Shown: positions 1 to 9,077 of the stretch, in pieces
Layout of the letters: every line of letters begins with the position of its first letter
How positions within the stretch are numbered: the first letter of the stretch is position 1
Assembly: GCA_007121075.1 (NCBI GenBank)
Contig: SKMK01000033.1
Span: forward strand, 312 to 64,311
DNA from: Syntrophomonadaceae bacterium
GTDB lineage: Bacteria > Bacillota > Dethiobacteria > DTU022
Length of the DNA: 64,000 bases
Direction of reading: 5' to 3'
Made by a program: the position numbers and the translations under genes
Notes under the pieces: model-generated
Database searches by the model: none
Seen by the model: only the letters and a program-made list of their open reading frames with translations
Told to the model about the DNA's origin: nothing

Positions 1-38
1 ATGCCCGGTGGTCTTTTGGTTAAAGGAGAGTGACCACG

Positions 39-1043
39 ATGCCCTCAATAATGATTATAAAAAGAATTGCCCTTCTCGCATTAATTTTACTAATAGCCGG
101 CTTAACCGGCTTGTCTTTAGCCTCCTGCGGTTCTATTTCCCATTTCGGCTCCAAAACATCAGAAGATTTCGCAGAGGTAGCGCCCGGTCAGCCGATGGAA
201 GATTACATCGTTGAAGAAGCGCCTACGGAAGAGTGGGGCATGGACAGGGGCGAACCCGATCTGCCGGATCATGAAGTAACCGCCCCGGGTATCAGTGACC
301 CTTCTTTAAGATATGTAATCCGCCGGGGATCTATCGATTTGTCCGTTTCAGACACCAGGAAGAAAGTCCAGGAGATCCAAAAAATTGTCAGGGAAGCGGA
401 AGGAATTATCGCCGGCTCATATGTCTATGAAATCCGGGAAGGGCAGTACGGAGCCCGGATGACCCTGCGTGTCCCGGAAAACAGGTTTGAAGCAATCCTC
501 GAACAACTGGAAAACCTCGGCAAGGTAACCAATATCCAAACCGTACTCGAAGACATAACCATGCAGTATGTGGATCTTGAATCGCGCCTCAATAACCAGG
601 AAGCCCAGGAAAAAAGGCTGACAGAAATTCTCGATATGGCTGAAACGGTGGAAGATGTGCTGGAGATCGAAAAAGAACTTGCCCGGGTCCGCGGTGAAAT
701 CGAATCAATGACCGCCCGGCTTACCCGCCTGAGAGACCAGGTTACATATGCCACAATCAATGTTTCCCTGCGGGAAAAAGCTATTCCTACCGGAACAGTA
801 TCACCCCATGCTTTTTACAACCTGGGAAACCGCATATCGGAAGCATTTATCGGCAGCATTAATTTTATACTTAATGCCGCATCAGGGTTAATAGTTCTAT
901 TTACGGCCCTGATCCCGGCCTTGTTTCTACTGGTTGTAATCGGAAGTATAATCTGGCTGCTGGTCCACAGGCATATAAACAAAAGGGCAGCGGCTGGAAG
1001 CCAGAATGAAGGGCAGGCTGCAGGATCTGATGATAAAATTTAA
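39..1043 (+). CDS. Membrane-anchored hypothetical protein (N-terminal signal/lipobox-like LASCG, central coiled coil, C-terminal TM; DUF4349-like architecture)
   Basis: ORF 30..1043; AGGAGAG RBS at ~23-29 favours ATG at 39; hydrophobic N-terminus with Cys, heptad-like charged middle (QEAQEKRLTEILDMAETVEDVLEIEKELARVRGEIE), C-terminal TM helix. Confidence 0.55.
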   Translation: MPSIMIIKRIALLALILLIAGLTGLSLASCGSISHFGSKTSEDFAEVAPGQPMEDYIVEEAPTEEWGMDRGEPDLPDHEVTAPGISDPSLRYVIRRGSIDLSVSDTRKKVQEIQKIVREAEGIIAGSYVYEIREGQYGARMTLRVPENRFEAILEQLENLGKVTNIQTVLEDITMQYVDLESRLNNQEAQEKRLTEILDMAETVEDVLEIEKELARVRGEIESMTARLTRLRDQVTYATINVSLREKAIPTGTVSPHAFYNLGNRISEAFIGSINFILNAASGLIVLFTALIPALFLLVVIGSIIWLLVHRHINKRAAAGSQNEGQAAGSDDKI

Positions 1044-1115
1044 TAACAGCGGTAAAAGTTAACTGTTGGATTGATTAAAAGGGGCATGCTTGAGAGATGG
1101 TACTCCCGGAGCTGT

Positions 1116-1532
1116 TTAAGAGTCGCGACTTTGTTCTGCATTGAGAACATCTCCCTGTAAAATGTCCTCCCGCTCAAAGAGTTCCGAAACTTCTCGCAAA
1201 AGGGCGAGCAGCTGCTGCCGCTTCTCTTCGGGAACGTGAGAAAGATAAACGGCCAGGAGCAGGTTGCGCCTTTCTTCCACATCATTAAGAACCCGGAGCC
1301 CTTTCGGGGTAATGGATATCCAGACCTGGCGCCGATCTTTCTCCTGCCGTTCCCTGTTAACCAATCCCATTTTATGAAGACGATTGATAAGGGCGGTTAC
1401 TGCGCTTAAAGTCACCCCGAGCATATGGGCAAGGAAAGACGTATTACAGGGACCCTTTCTCAGGGCACGGAGAACAATAAACTGGGTGTCGGTAATTTCA
1501 TCCACAGTATACCTGTTGTGCAGAACTCTCAC
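1116..1532 (-). CDS. MarR family transcriptional regulator
   Basis: 138 aa; winged-helix MarR signature (IVLRALRKGPCNTSFLAHMLGVTLSAVTALINRLHKMGLVNRERQEKDRRQVWISITPKG). Confidence 0.8.
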   Translation of the reverse strand: MRVLHNRYTVDEITDTQFIVLRALRKGPCNTSFLAHMLGVTLSAVTALINRLHKMGLVNRERQEKDRRQVWISITPKGLRVLNDVEERRNLLLAVYLSHVPEEKRQQLLALLREVSELFEREDILQGDVLNAEQSRDS

Positions 1533-1861
1533 CCGGTATACCAGGCGGCTAAAGACGTAATCAAGTTCTTTTATGTATTCGAGCAGGTTGTCCCTTTTTA
1601 TGATTATTCTCCTCTCTGAATATATTTAAAAGAATCAACTGTTAACTGCTTTAAGTAATTTGTATATATTTTATACCATTCAATGCCGCTAAAATCAAGT
1701 TTAGACTCCCTAATTTATGCCGTTTTAAACACTGTGGTAAAATATTATTAGACGGTGCTTAACTATCTTGAAAAACAAAGGGATGCAGAACACCACCGGA
1801 ATCAGCAGAGGAGTGGTATAATGCCCGATCTGTTTTTCAGCAAAAGTGAGAAAGGGTTACT

Positions 1862-3439
1862 ATGAGCAGTTTATTAAACCTTCAACAATTGGAATCCTCG
1901 CCCCGTTTTTACCTGATCTTCCCCCTGCTATCGGGTATACTGATAATCCTGGCTTTCCCCCCTTTCGAGCAGGGGTATGCGGCCTGGTTTGCCCTTCTGC
2001 CTCTGCTCTGGGTCACCTTACAATCAGCACCCTTTAACGCTTTCAAGGCCGGCTTTTTATTCAGCCTCCCTTTTACACTTTATGTAAACTACTACCTGGG
2101 ATACGTCCTTTATCCCTACCTTTCCGACATCCTCGCCACAGTGGCCATGGTCGGCCTGGTGCTTTATATCAGCCTCTTTTATGGCATATTCGCCCTCACC
2201 GCCAGTTTGGCTGCCCGCTCAGGGAGAGTCTGGTTCACAGCCCTGGCCGTCCCCTCACTCTGGCTGGGTGTGGAGTACCTCCGCTCGCTTACTTTCCTGG
2301 CTTACAATGTAGGCTACCTGGGTTACACCCAGTGGGGCTACCCCACCGTGCTCAATATCGCTTCCGTTTACGGTTACTGGGGCCTGCCTTTTGTGATTGT
2401 TTTTTTCCAGGTGATAATAATCCTCTTCTTCCAGAAAAAGCTACAGGGCAAAAACTTTGTCGCTGTCACGGCAACCTTTTTGATAATATTAACAGCAGGT
2501 CTGCTCGGGCCGGCGTTTCAAGAAGTGGAAAAGGAGGATGAGCCCCTTTATACAGCCATGATCCAGGGCAACATTCAACCGGAACGGATCGTCCGGCAGG
2601 ATCGCCAAAACATCCTGGACCATTATCTTGACCTGACAGAGCGGGCAATACAAGATAATCCCGAGGTAGAACTGGTGGTCTGGCCTGAAACGGTGGCCCG
2701 GCTCGATTTCAGAATAGAAAGAGCCCATCTGGAAGAAATAGTAATCCTGGGCGAAGAACACGGGATAAACCTGCTTTACGGAGCCCGGCTTCAGAAACCG
2801 GATCACCTTTACAACGCAATAACCTTTTATTCCAGGGAGCAGGAACAAATACCCGTTTATAATAAGCACCGGCTGGTGCCTTTTGTCGAATTCTTCCCGG
2901 CAGAGCAGGTGCTAAACAGAATCCTGCAGCTTGAACTGCTGCTGGGAAGCTACACCCCGGGAGAGGAGATTACCATATTTGACATCAAAGGCTTTCCGGT
3001 AGCCGGTGTGGTTTGCTTTGAATCGTATTTTGGGGATCACATGCGCCTTTTTGCTAAAGAAGGAGCCCTGCACCAGTTTGTGGTAACCAATGATGCCTGG
3101 TTTGGAGAGTCAATCGGACTTGAGCAGCACGCCCAGGTGGCCGCAATCAGGGCGGCTGAAACCGGGGTAGGGGTAACCCAGGTGGCAAACAGCGGCATTA
3201 CCATTTCTTTTGATTACCGGGGCCGGGAGCTGTTCAGATCCGGAAAAAGCGAAACAGAAATTTTTGCCGTACCCCTTGATATGACCCGCAGGGAAACAGT
3301 CTATACCCGCTACGGCGATTACTTCCCGGCCCTGTGGGGCATATTCCTTTTGATAACCGCTTCTTATTTTATTTATAAAGCTAATCAAGGAAATTCTTCA
3401 CCACCACAATCGGGGTCCCGGCATCAGCTGAACCGCTGA
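1862..3439 (+). CDS. lnt: Apolipoprotein N-acyltransferase
   Basis: 525 aa; N-terminal polytopic membrane region followed by carbon-nitrogen hydrolase domain (MIQGNIQPE...VVWPE...CFE), C-terminal TM. Confidence 0.8.
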   Translation: MSSLLNLQQLESSPRFYLIFPLLSGILIILAFPPFEQGYAAWFALLPLLWVTLQSAPFNAFKAGFLFSLPFTLYVNYYLGYVLYPYLSDILATVAMVGLVLYISLFYGIFALTASLAARSGRVWFTALAVPSLWLGVEYLRSLTFLAYNVGYLGYTQWGYPTVLNIASVYGYWGLPFVIVFFQVIIILFFQKKLQGKNFVAVTATFLIILTAGLLGPAFQEVEKEDEPLYTAMIQGNIQPERIVRQDRQNILDHYLDLTERAIQDNPEVELVVWPETVARLDFRIERAHLEEIVILGEEHGINLLYGARLQKPDHLYNAITFYSREQEQIPVYNKHRLVPFVEFFPAEQVLNRILQLELLLGSYTPGEEITIFDIKGFPVAGVVCFESYFGDHMRLFAKEGALHQFVVTNDAWFGESIGLEQHAQVAAIRAAETGVGVTQVANSGITISFDYRGRELFRSGKSETEIFAVPLDMTRRETVYTRYGDYFPALWGIFLLITASYFIYKANQGNSSPPQSGSRHQLNR

Positions 3440-4544
3440 CCAGATCAGCCAGGCTGGCTAAAACATCTTCCATGCGCCTGGGGGTAGTCCCTTCTCTTTC
3501 CATGCAATCCTGGGCCAAATTGCTTTTGATGCTTTCGATAAGGATCGCTTCAATTTCTTCGGCTGTCTTATGCTCTTCGTGGTAGCACTGATCGGCAAGG
3601 TACTTGTATTTAACGCCTTCCCTGAGGCAGTTCAGGCCGTCGGTGGCGGCAAAAGCGGCCTGCGGATCGGCAAGTTCATATATTCCGCTGGTAGGATCAA
3701 GGTAGGCCCCATCTCCATAGATCATGACCTGAACTTCATGGCTAAACTGCTTTTTTATCCTGGACTGAATATCCTTGACCAGTTGTTCTCCTTCACGAGG
3801 CGCCAGCTTGAGCCTTTCACCAGATGACATGTTGCTGCCAAGCAGGCCCCATTCAGAGTAAACTTCACCCCCGGTAAAAAGCTGATCCAGGGTAACGCAG
3901 TTATCAAACCGGGTAGAAATAGCCTTTTTTGTAACTGCCCTGGTGTGAATATCGGCGGCAATTACCCCGTCGGGATTGTATTCAAGGGCTTTCAGGGGGT
4001 CGTTGGAAAGGAAAAGAAACGGTTTCGCTCCTTCTTCTTGTATGATTTCACGGTAAAGGCCGATATAATCAACCCCGGTGACCGGGTGCCTGAAACTGCG
4101 GCTGCCCAGATCTTCCAGGGTAATCTCGTCTTTACCCAGCTGTTCCGCAAATCCCGGATCTATGACCTGGTTGCCTACCTCATCAGTCGGGAAAGAAAGT
4201 TGGACCACCACTTCTCCCCGGGGAACAGCCCTGGCCAGACCTTTCAGGATTATGGAAAACCGGTTGCGGCTGGCAATCGGGAAGACCACCGCCAACCTGC
4301 TTTTCTCGGTTAAGCCAAGCTTTTCTTTTATTTCCCGGGCAATATCATCAACGGTGATATAATTGTTTTGGGCCCGGGCCACGATGGACTCGGTAATGCA
4401 GATCACGTCGTTGTCCTCAAGTAAACCATCGCGACTGCAACAGGACAGCGCTTTAATTACTTCTTCCGCAATATCCATTCCCGGCAATATTACGCCCATC
4501 TTCAATCCAAAAGCCAGGGATCCTATGTAGTCAGGTATTTTCAT
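3381..4544 (-). CDS. CofE-like protein (F420-0:gamma-glutamyl ligase family, PF01996-like)
   Basis: 387 aa; resemblance to bacterial long-form CofE-like proteins (GDGAY...DP...ADP region, GTTPR... C-terminal segment); family call from memory, not verified. Confidence 0.4.
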   Translation of the reverse strand: MKIPDYIGSLAFGLKMGVILPGMDIAEEVIKALSCCSRDGLLEDNDVICITESIVARAQNNYITVDDIAREIKEKLGLTEKSRLAVVFPIASRNRFSIILKGLARAVPRGEVVVQLSFPTDEVGNQVIDPGFAEQLGKDEITLEDLGSRSFRHPVTGVDYIGLYREIIQEEGAKPFLFLSNDPLKALEYNPDGVIAADIHTRAVTKKAISTRFDNCVTLDQLFTGGEVYSEWGLLGSNMSSGERLKLAPREGEQLVKDIQSRIKKQFSHEVQVMIYGDGAYLDPTSGIYELADPQAAFAATDGLNCLREGVKYKYLADQCYHEEHKTAEEIEAILIESIKSNLAQDCMEREGTTPRRMEDVLASLADLVSGSADAGTPIVVVKNFLD

Positions 4545-4563
4545 TATCCTAAGTTCCTCCTTT

Positions 4564-5205
4564 TCAACTGGACTTCTTTCTGCGGCCCATCTTTAGAAGG
4601 GCCTGTTCATAATCTTCCCAGGTATTAATATTAATAAACGATTCCTGATCCGGATCATGCCTGGCTATTTCTGAGCGAGAAATAAACTTGATCTTCAAAT
4701 TCCGGTAAAAATCACTAACTTTATATTGGCCCCGGTTTACCTGCCTTTCGATTATATCAATACAGGAGCGCTTGTAAAAGGCATGCAGAGGCTGAAAGTA
4801 CTCTCCCCCGACATGGGGAACCACCGCATCATGATCAGGAGCAAACCGGCCCATGTATTTTATCAGCTCCAGGTTTAAAAAGGGCATATCGCAGGCGGCA
4901 ACAAACTGGTAGGGATGGGAAGATACACTCAGGCCGGCATGGATACCCCGCAGGGGGCTTTTCTCTTTCTGCTTTAACAGGTCCCCTGTCAGTCGGATGG
5001 GCAGATCGTTGTAGAGTTCCGGGCGATCGGTAACCACGGTGATATCCGGGAACAGTTTGCCAAGCCGCTCGACCATCAGGGAAATCAACGGGCGACCGTT
5101 AAAATCGAGCAGGGCCTTGGGCCGGCCCAGGCGCTTGCTGTCGCCTCCCGCAAGAATAATGGCCCCTTTGCAACCCTCGTTGAAATTATGCTCGGTACCG
5201 CTCAA
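4564..5205 (-). CDS. mobA: Molybdenum cofactor guanylyltransferase
   Basis: 213 aa; GAIILAGGDSKRLGRPKALLDFNGRPL nucleotidyltransferase motif typical of MobA. Confidence 0.8.
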   Translation of the reverse strand: MSGTEHNFNEGCKGAIILAGGDSKRLGRPKALLDFNGRPLISLMVERLGKLFPDITVVTDRPELYNDLPIRLTGDLLKQKEKSPLRGIHAGLSVSSHPYQFVAACDMPFLNLELIKYMGRFAPDHDAVVPHVGGEYFQPLHAFYKRSCIDIIERQVNRGQYKVSDFYRNLKIKFISRSEIARHDPDQESFININTWEDYEQALLKMGRRKKSS

Positions 5206-5232
5206 TATTCCACCCCGCCCGTGTAATTAATA

Positions 5233-5967
5233 TTACTGCTCTTCCTGCACCTTTAGCCGTTTTCTTTCACTGATTAGAACCATAATAATTCCCAGTTCGT
5301 AAAGAAAAGCCAGCGGCAAAATCATGACCACCTGGGATATAATATCAGGAGGTGTAATAATCGCCGATAGAACCAGCATGATCAAAAGGGCGATTTTCCT
5401 GTGCCGCCTCAGGAACTGCGTCGTTAAAATGCCAAGTTTGCCCAGGGCCCAGGTTAACAGGGGCAGTTGAAACACTGCACCAAAAGACAGGTGAAAAGAA
5501 ATCACAAATGATATGTACTCGGTAATCGTAAACTGCGGAACAAGCCTGGCGTCGGCAAACTGCAGGAAAAAACGCAGGGTGAAGGGAAACACAATCTGGT
5601 AGGCAAAAACTATCCCGGCTGAAAAAAGTACAATAATCCCAAATAAAACGGCAACGTAAAATTTCTTTTCATTGCGGGTCAGGCCGGGGAAAATATAAGC
5701 GGACATCTGGTAAAGGATAACCGGCAGCGAAACCACCAACCCGCTGAACAGGGCCAATTTCAGGTTGGCCATGAATGCTTCGGGGGGCGATAGATATATA
5801 AGCTGTTTCCCTTCCAGTGGGATGGTCAGTATGGAACGGATGCGTTCGATGTACGTAAAGCAAATACCCGATGCAACAAGCAAAGCGCCTGCCGAGATAA
5901 CCAGGCGCAGGCGCATTTCTGAAAGATGTTCAAGGACGGGCATTGTGCCGTCTTTATTATTCCCCAC
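5233..5967 (-). CDS. tatC: Twin-arginine translocase subunit TatC
   Basis: 244 aa, 6 predicted TM, TatC N-terminal motif (PVLEHLSEMRLRL). Confidence 0.85.
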   Translation of the reverse strand: MGNNKDGTMPVLEHLSEMRLRLVISAGALLVASGICFTYIERIRSILTIPLEGKQLIYLSPPEAFMANLKLALFSGLVVSLPVILYQMSAYIFPGLTRNEKKFYVAVLFGIIVLFSAGIVFAYQIVFPFTLRFFLQFADARLVPQFTITEYISFVISFHLSFGAVFQLPLLTWALGKLGILTTQFLRRHRKIALLIMLVLSAIITPPDIISQVVMILPLAFLYELGIIMVLISERKRLKVQEEQ

Positions 5968-6052
5968 TCGTTTTGAATACCTCCCGGCATTCCCGGCACT
6001 GTTTATAATCCCCCCTGTTTAGCTAAACTCCGCTTACGACCAATCAGCCGCC

Positions 6053-6241
6053 TTATTTTTCAGTTTCGGAGTTTGGGGTGGTTGACTCGTCGGATGTAGA
6101 ACTTCCTTTTAATCCTTCTTTGAGTTCTACAACGCTCTTCCCAATCGCCTTGGCGAGTTCAGGGAGCTTGGTAGAGCCAAATATTAAAAGGATTACAGCC
6201 AAAATGGCAATTATTTCTGTAGCTCCAATTCTTCCAAACAT
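6053..6241 (-). CDS. tatA: Twin-arginine translocase subunit TatA/E
   Basis: 62 aa; N-terminal TM + amphipathic helix (MFGRIGATEIIAILAVILLIFGSTKLPELAKAIGK). Confidence 0.85.
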   Translation of the reverse strand: MFGRIGATEIIAILAVILLIFGSTKLPELAKAIGKSVVELKEGLKGSSTSDESTTPNSETEK

Positions 6242-6329
6242 AATAAATCCTCCTCAATAGAGAATCAAAAACATTTTATGTATACCAAAATTATTGTAAC
6301 ATAAAATCCTCAAACAGGGAAGCTAACTG

Positions 6330-6521
6330 TTAACTACTCTTGTCAGTTTCATTATCATCAAGACTTATGGAATCCTTGAGCTCTTTAGTCGCCTTTCTGA
6401 ATTCTTTTAAACCGTTGCCGATCGAGCGGCCCATTTCAGGCAGCTTGTTCGGTCCAAAAATAATCAGGGCCACTACGAGAACCAGTAAAATTTCCCACAA
6501 ACCGATCCTTCCACCGATCAA
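6330..6521 (-). CDS. tatA: Twin-arginine translocase subunit TatA/B paralog
   Basis: 63 aa; MIGGRIGLWEILLVLVVALIIFGPNKLPEMGRSIGNGLKEF; second copy upstream of tatA-tatC. Confidence 0.8.
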   Translation of the reverse strand: MIGGRIGLWEILLVLVVALIIFGPNKLPEMGRSIGNGLKEFRKATKELKDSISLDDNETDKSS

Positions 6522-6638
6522 AATCTTTCACCTCCAAAAAAACAGCCATTTCCATGTCATATTATAAACCATCTTTACTATAAATGCGATACGGTGGAGG
6601 CAAAATATTTATACCCCAAACTAATAATAGTTAACCGC

Positions 6639-7667
6639 CTACTCTTTTCTTGAAGATAAATTGAGATAGACAAACAAAAACGGCGCACCTAATGTCACCC
6701 ATAACCCGCCCAGGGCATACCTGGTGAAGCCCAGATGAGTAATCTCTGCCGGGAACACGCCCCCCAAACCAAGGATAATGCCGAACAGGACAGCCAGGCC
6801 CACCAGCGCTTTCAGCACCTGGAAAAACAGGGGTGCTGAAACAAGAGATCCCACTTTTTCTTTTTCCAGCAGATAACCAAAGGATGCTCCACCAAGATAC
6901 CCCAGGATCTTTGGCGGATCGGCTCCTGGCAGCACAGCTGCCAGCAAGATCGGAAAGGCCAAAGAAATAACCAGGAGGGCCGGTGTGGAATACCGTTCCA
7001 GCAAACCTTTTTCATAAATCCTGGCACTGATCCACAAAAAGAAAAGCAGGAAAGGGATCCCGAAAACAAACCCACCCAGGACATCGCCCAGAAAGTGGTA
7101 TCCCAAGACCAGCCTTGAAAAAGCAATCATTACGACAGCTATAAAAGTCCAAATCCAGAAAGCCCTGTTCTGAATCCTTACAGCAAGATAACCCCAGACT
7201 GTAACTGCAGTCAGGGTATGCCCACTGGGGAAAGCATAACTGCCCGGGGGATGTTCGATTACTTCAATCGGGGGCCTTTCCAGCAAGGTTATATCTTTAA
7301 TCAGGTTGCTGCAGGTAGCGGAGCTAAGAAGGACAAACGCACCCCAAAATCCAAGGGTTTTGCTTACACACCAGATTAAAACGCTAAAAAGGACCATGAA
7401 AAATTCGTCATCGCCTAAAAAAGTAAAGGCCCGAAAAAGCACCTCCACACCGGGCACCGTTCGCAATTGCTGAAGGGCGGCAATCATTTCCACACTCCGG
7501 GTAAACTGCCAGGCAAAAATCAAAAGCAGCGCCGACACGATTGTTACCGCCCACAAAAGTTTAATCCAGAACCATTCGCGCTTCGGATCATCTGAAAAAT
7601 AAGGTTTTGTTACAGGAGAATTCAAGCTGATTTTACCTCCCCGCCTTGTTCTGTTGCTAGCTATCAC
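6639..7667 (-). CDS. PAP2-family phosphatase fused to additional C-terminal membrane domain
   Basis: 342 aa; PAP2 motifs (KDITLLERPP...PSGH...SRLVLGYHFLGDVLGG) plus ~5 extra TM helices. Confidence 0.7.
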   Translation of the reverse strand: MIASNRTRRGGKISLNSPVTKPYFSDDPKREWFWIKLLWAVTIVSALLLIFAWQFTRSVEMIAALQQLRTVPGVEVLFRAFTFLGDDEFFMVLFSVLIWCVSKTLGFWGAFVLLSSATCSNLIKDITLLERPPIEVIEHPPGSYAFPSGHTLTAVTVWGYLAVRIQNRAFWIWTFIAVVMIAFSRLVLGYHFLGDVLGGFVFGIPFLLFFLWISARIYEKGLLERYSTPALLVISLAFPILLAAVLPGADPPKILGYLGGASFGYLLEKEKVGSLVSAPLFFQVLKALVGLAVLFGIILGLGGVFPAEITHLGFTRYALGGLWVTLGAPFLFVYLNLSSRKE

Positions 7668-7920
7668 CGATTTCTAAGTCCGGGTCAATCTCCAGCATTA
7701 ACTGAGCCGCCTGCTCCAGGAAAGGTCCGGGAACCAGGACCTGGACTTCCATGGCCTGGCCACCGATAACCCGCATTGCGCCGGTATAGGGGCTGCTGTC
7801 CGCTTTTCGGGCCGGAATACCCTTCTCCTGCAAAAAGCCGCAAATTATATCCGCTTCCACATCATTGCTGGCTTCAACCAAGATTTCCCAGTCGTTTTGC
7901 GTCACTGTCGCACCGGTCAC
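7657..7920 (-). CDS. Small DUF2007-like (putative signal-transducing) protein
   Basis: 87 aa; overlaps start of PAP2 gene by 11 nt (operonic). Confidence 0.45.
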   Translation of the reverse strand: MTGATVTQNDWEILVEASNDVEADIICGFLQEKGIPARKADSSPYTGAMRVIGGQAMEVQVLVPGPFLEQAAQLMLEIDPDLEIGDS

Positions 7921-8248
7921 CTGCCTTTTCTCTGCTATCTTACATTTCCATATTACTTCTTTATTACTTCTTTTTAAGCAGGCATTACTCCTGCCGCTGA
8001 ATCGGCCTATTCAATAACTAAAACCAGTTACCATCCAATAGATTATGGTGCTGCCGGCCCGGATCGGAATCATAAACAAATTTGACAGGACAACTAAAGC
8101 GAATTATGATCTGATTATAATGTGGTGCTCTGGGAGCTTTTTATAGCGCCAACCTTTGCTCAAACACCTGTTATACACTTTTATTTTCATGCTGCTCAGG
8201 GCGCTCATAAAAACATGATCCCGGTTTTATGCCGGGCGGAGGAACTAA

Positions 8249-9070
8249 ATGAATAATAAAAAAACAATTATCGAAAAAGGCAAAACCGTACAATCCCTGG
8301 AAAGGGCGCTGACAATAGTAGAACACATGGCCGAAGCCGGGCGCCCTGTTACCATCAGCGAGCTATCGGAAGGTGTAAATTTAAAAATCAGCACTGTTCA
8401 CCGGCTTTTAAATACCCTTTTAAACCGGGGCTATGTAGAACAAGATCCGGAAACCAACAAGTACCAGCTGGGCCTCAAACTGCTGGAAGTAGCCAATAAC
8501 ATTTTTTCTTATTCCGATATAAGGACCATCGCCAGGCCATTTTTGACAGAGCTGGTAGACCGGTGCAACGAAACCGCCAACCTTGCCGTTTTGGATGAAA
8601 CCGAAATAGTTTACATCGATCAAATCGAATCGCACAACTATATCATCGTTAAAATGTTTGCCCAGGTTGGCAACAGAGGGCCCGTTCACTGTACCGCTTC
8701 AGGGAAAATTCTGCTGGCCTACCTTTCCGAAAAAGAACTTGATCTTGTCCTGCCCAGGATAGAGTTAAAAAAATACACCAGCCAAACTATTAGCGACCCG
8801 GAAGAGCTAAAAAAAGACCTGACCCGCTCCAGGAAACAGGGATACGCCTTAGATTGGGGCGAAATGGAGGAAAACGTACGCTGCATAGCCGCACCAATCT
8901 TCAATTACGAAAACAAAGCCGTGGCCAGTATCGGGGTTTCCGGTCCCGATAACCGGATCACGGCAGATTATATCAACCAAAAGCTGGCCGGCATCATAAA
9001 AGATGTCGCCGCCAAAGCTTCAATAAAGATGGGCTACAGCAAAGGAAAAGACCTGTTATCCATATCGTAA
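8249..9070 (+). CDS. IclR family transcriptional regulator
   Basis: 273 aa; N-terminal HTH (QSLERALTIVEHMAEAGRPVTISELSEGVNLKISTVHRLLNTL) and C-terminal IclR effector domain. Confidence 0.85.
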   Translation: MNNKKTIIEKGKTVQSLERALTIVEHMAEAGRPVTISELSEGVNLKISTVHRLLNTLLNRGYVEQDPETNKYQLGLKLLEVANNIFSYSDIRTIARPFLTELVDRCNETANLAVLDETEIVYIDQIESHNYIIVKMFAQVGNRGPVHCTASGKILLAYLSEKELDLVLPRIELKKYTSQTISDPEELKKDLTRSRKQGYALDWGEMEENVRCIAAPIFNYENKAVASIGVSGPDNRITADYINQKLAGIIKDVAAKASIKMGYSKGKDLLSIS

Positions 9071-9077
9071 CAGGCAG

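Noticed and set aside
6812-7126. 104-aa ORF inside the PAP2 membrane protein gene
   Set aside because: Same strand but different frame within a gene with clear PAP2 motifs; Cys/Trp-rich translation typical of an out-of-frame artefact.
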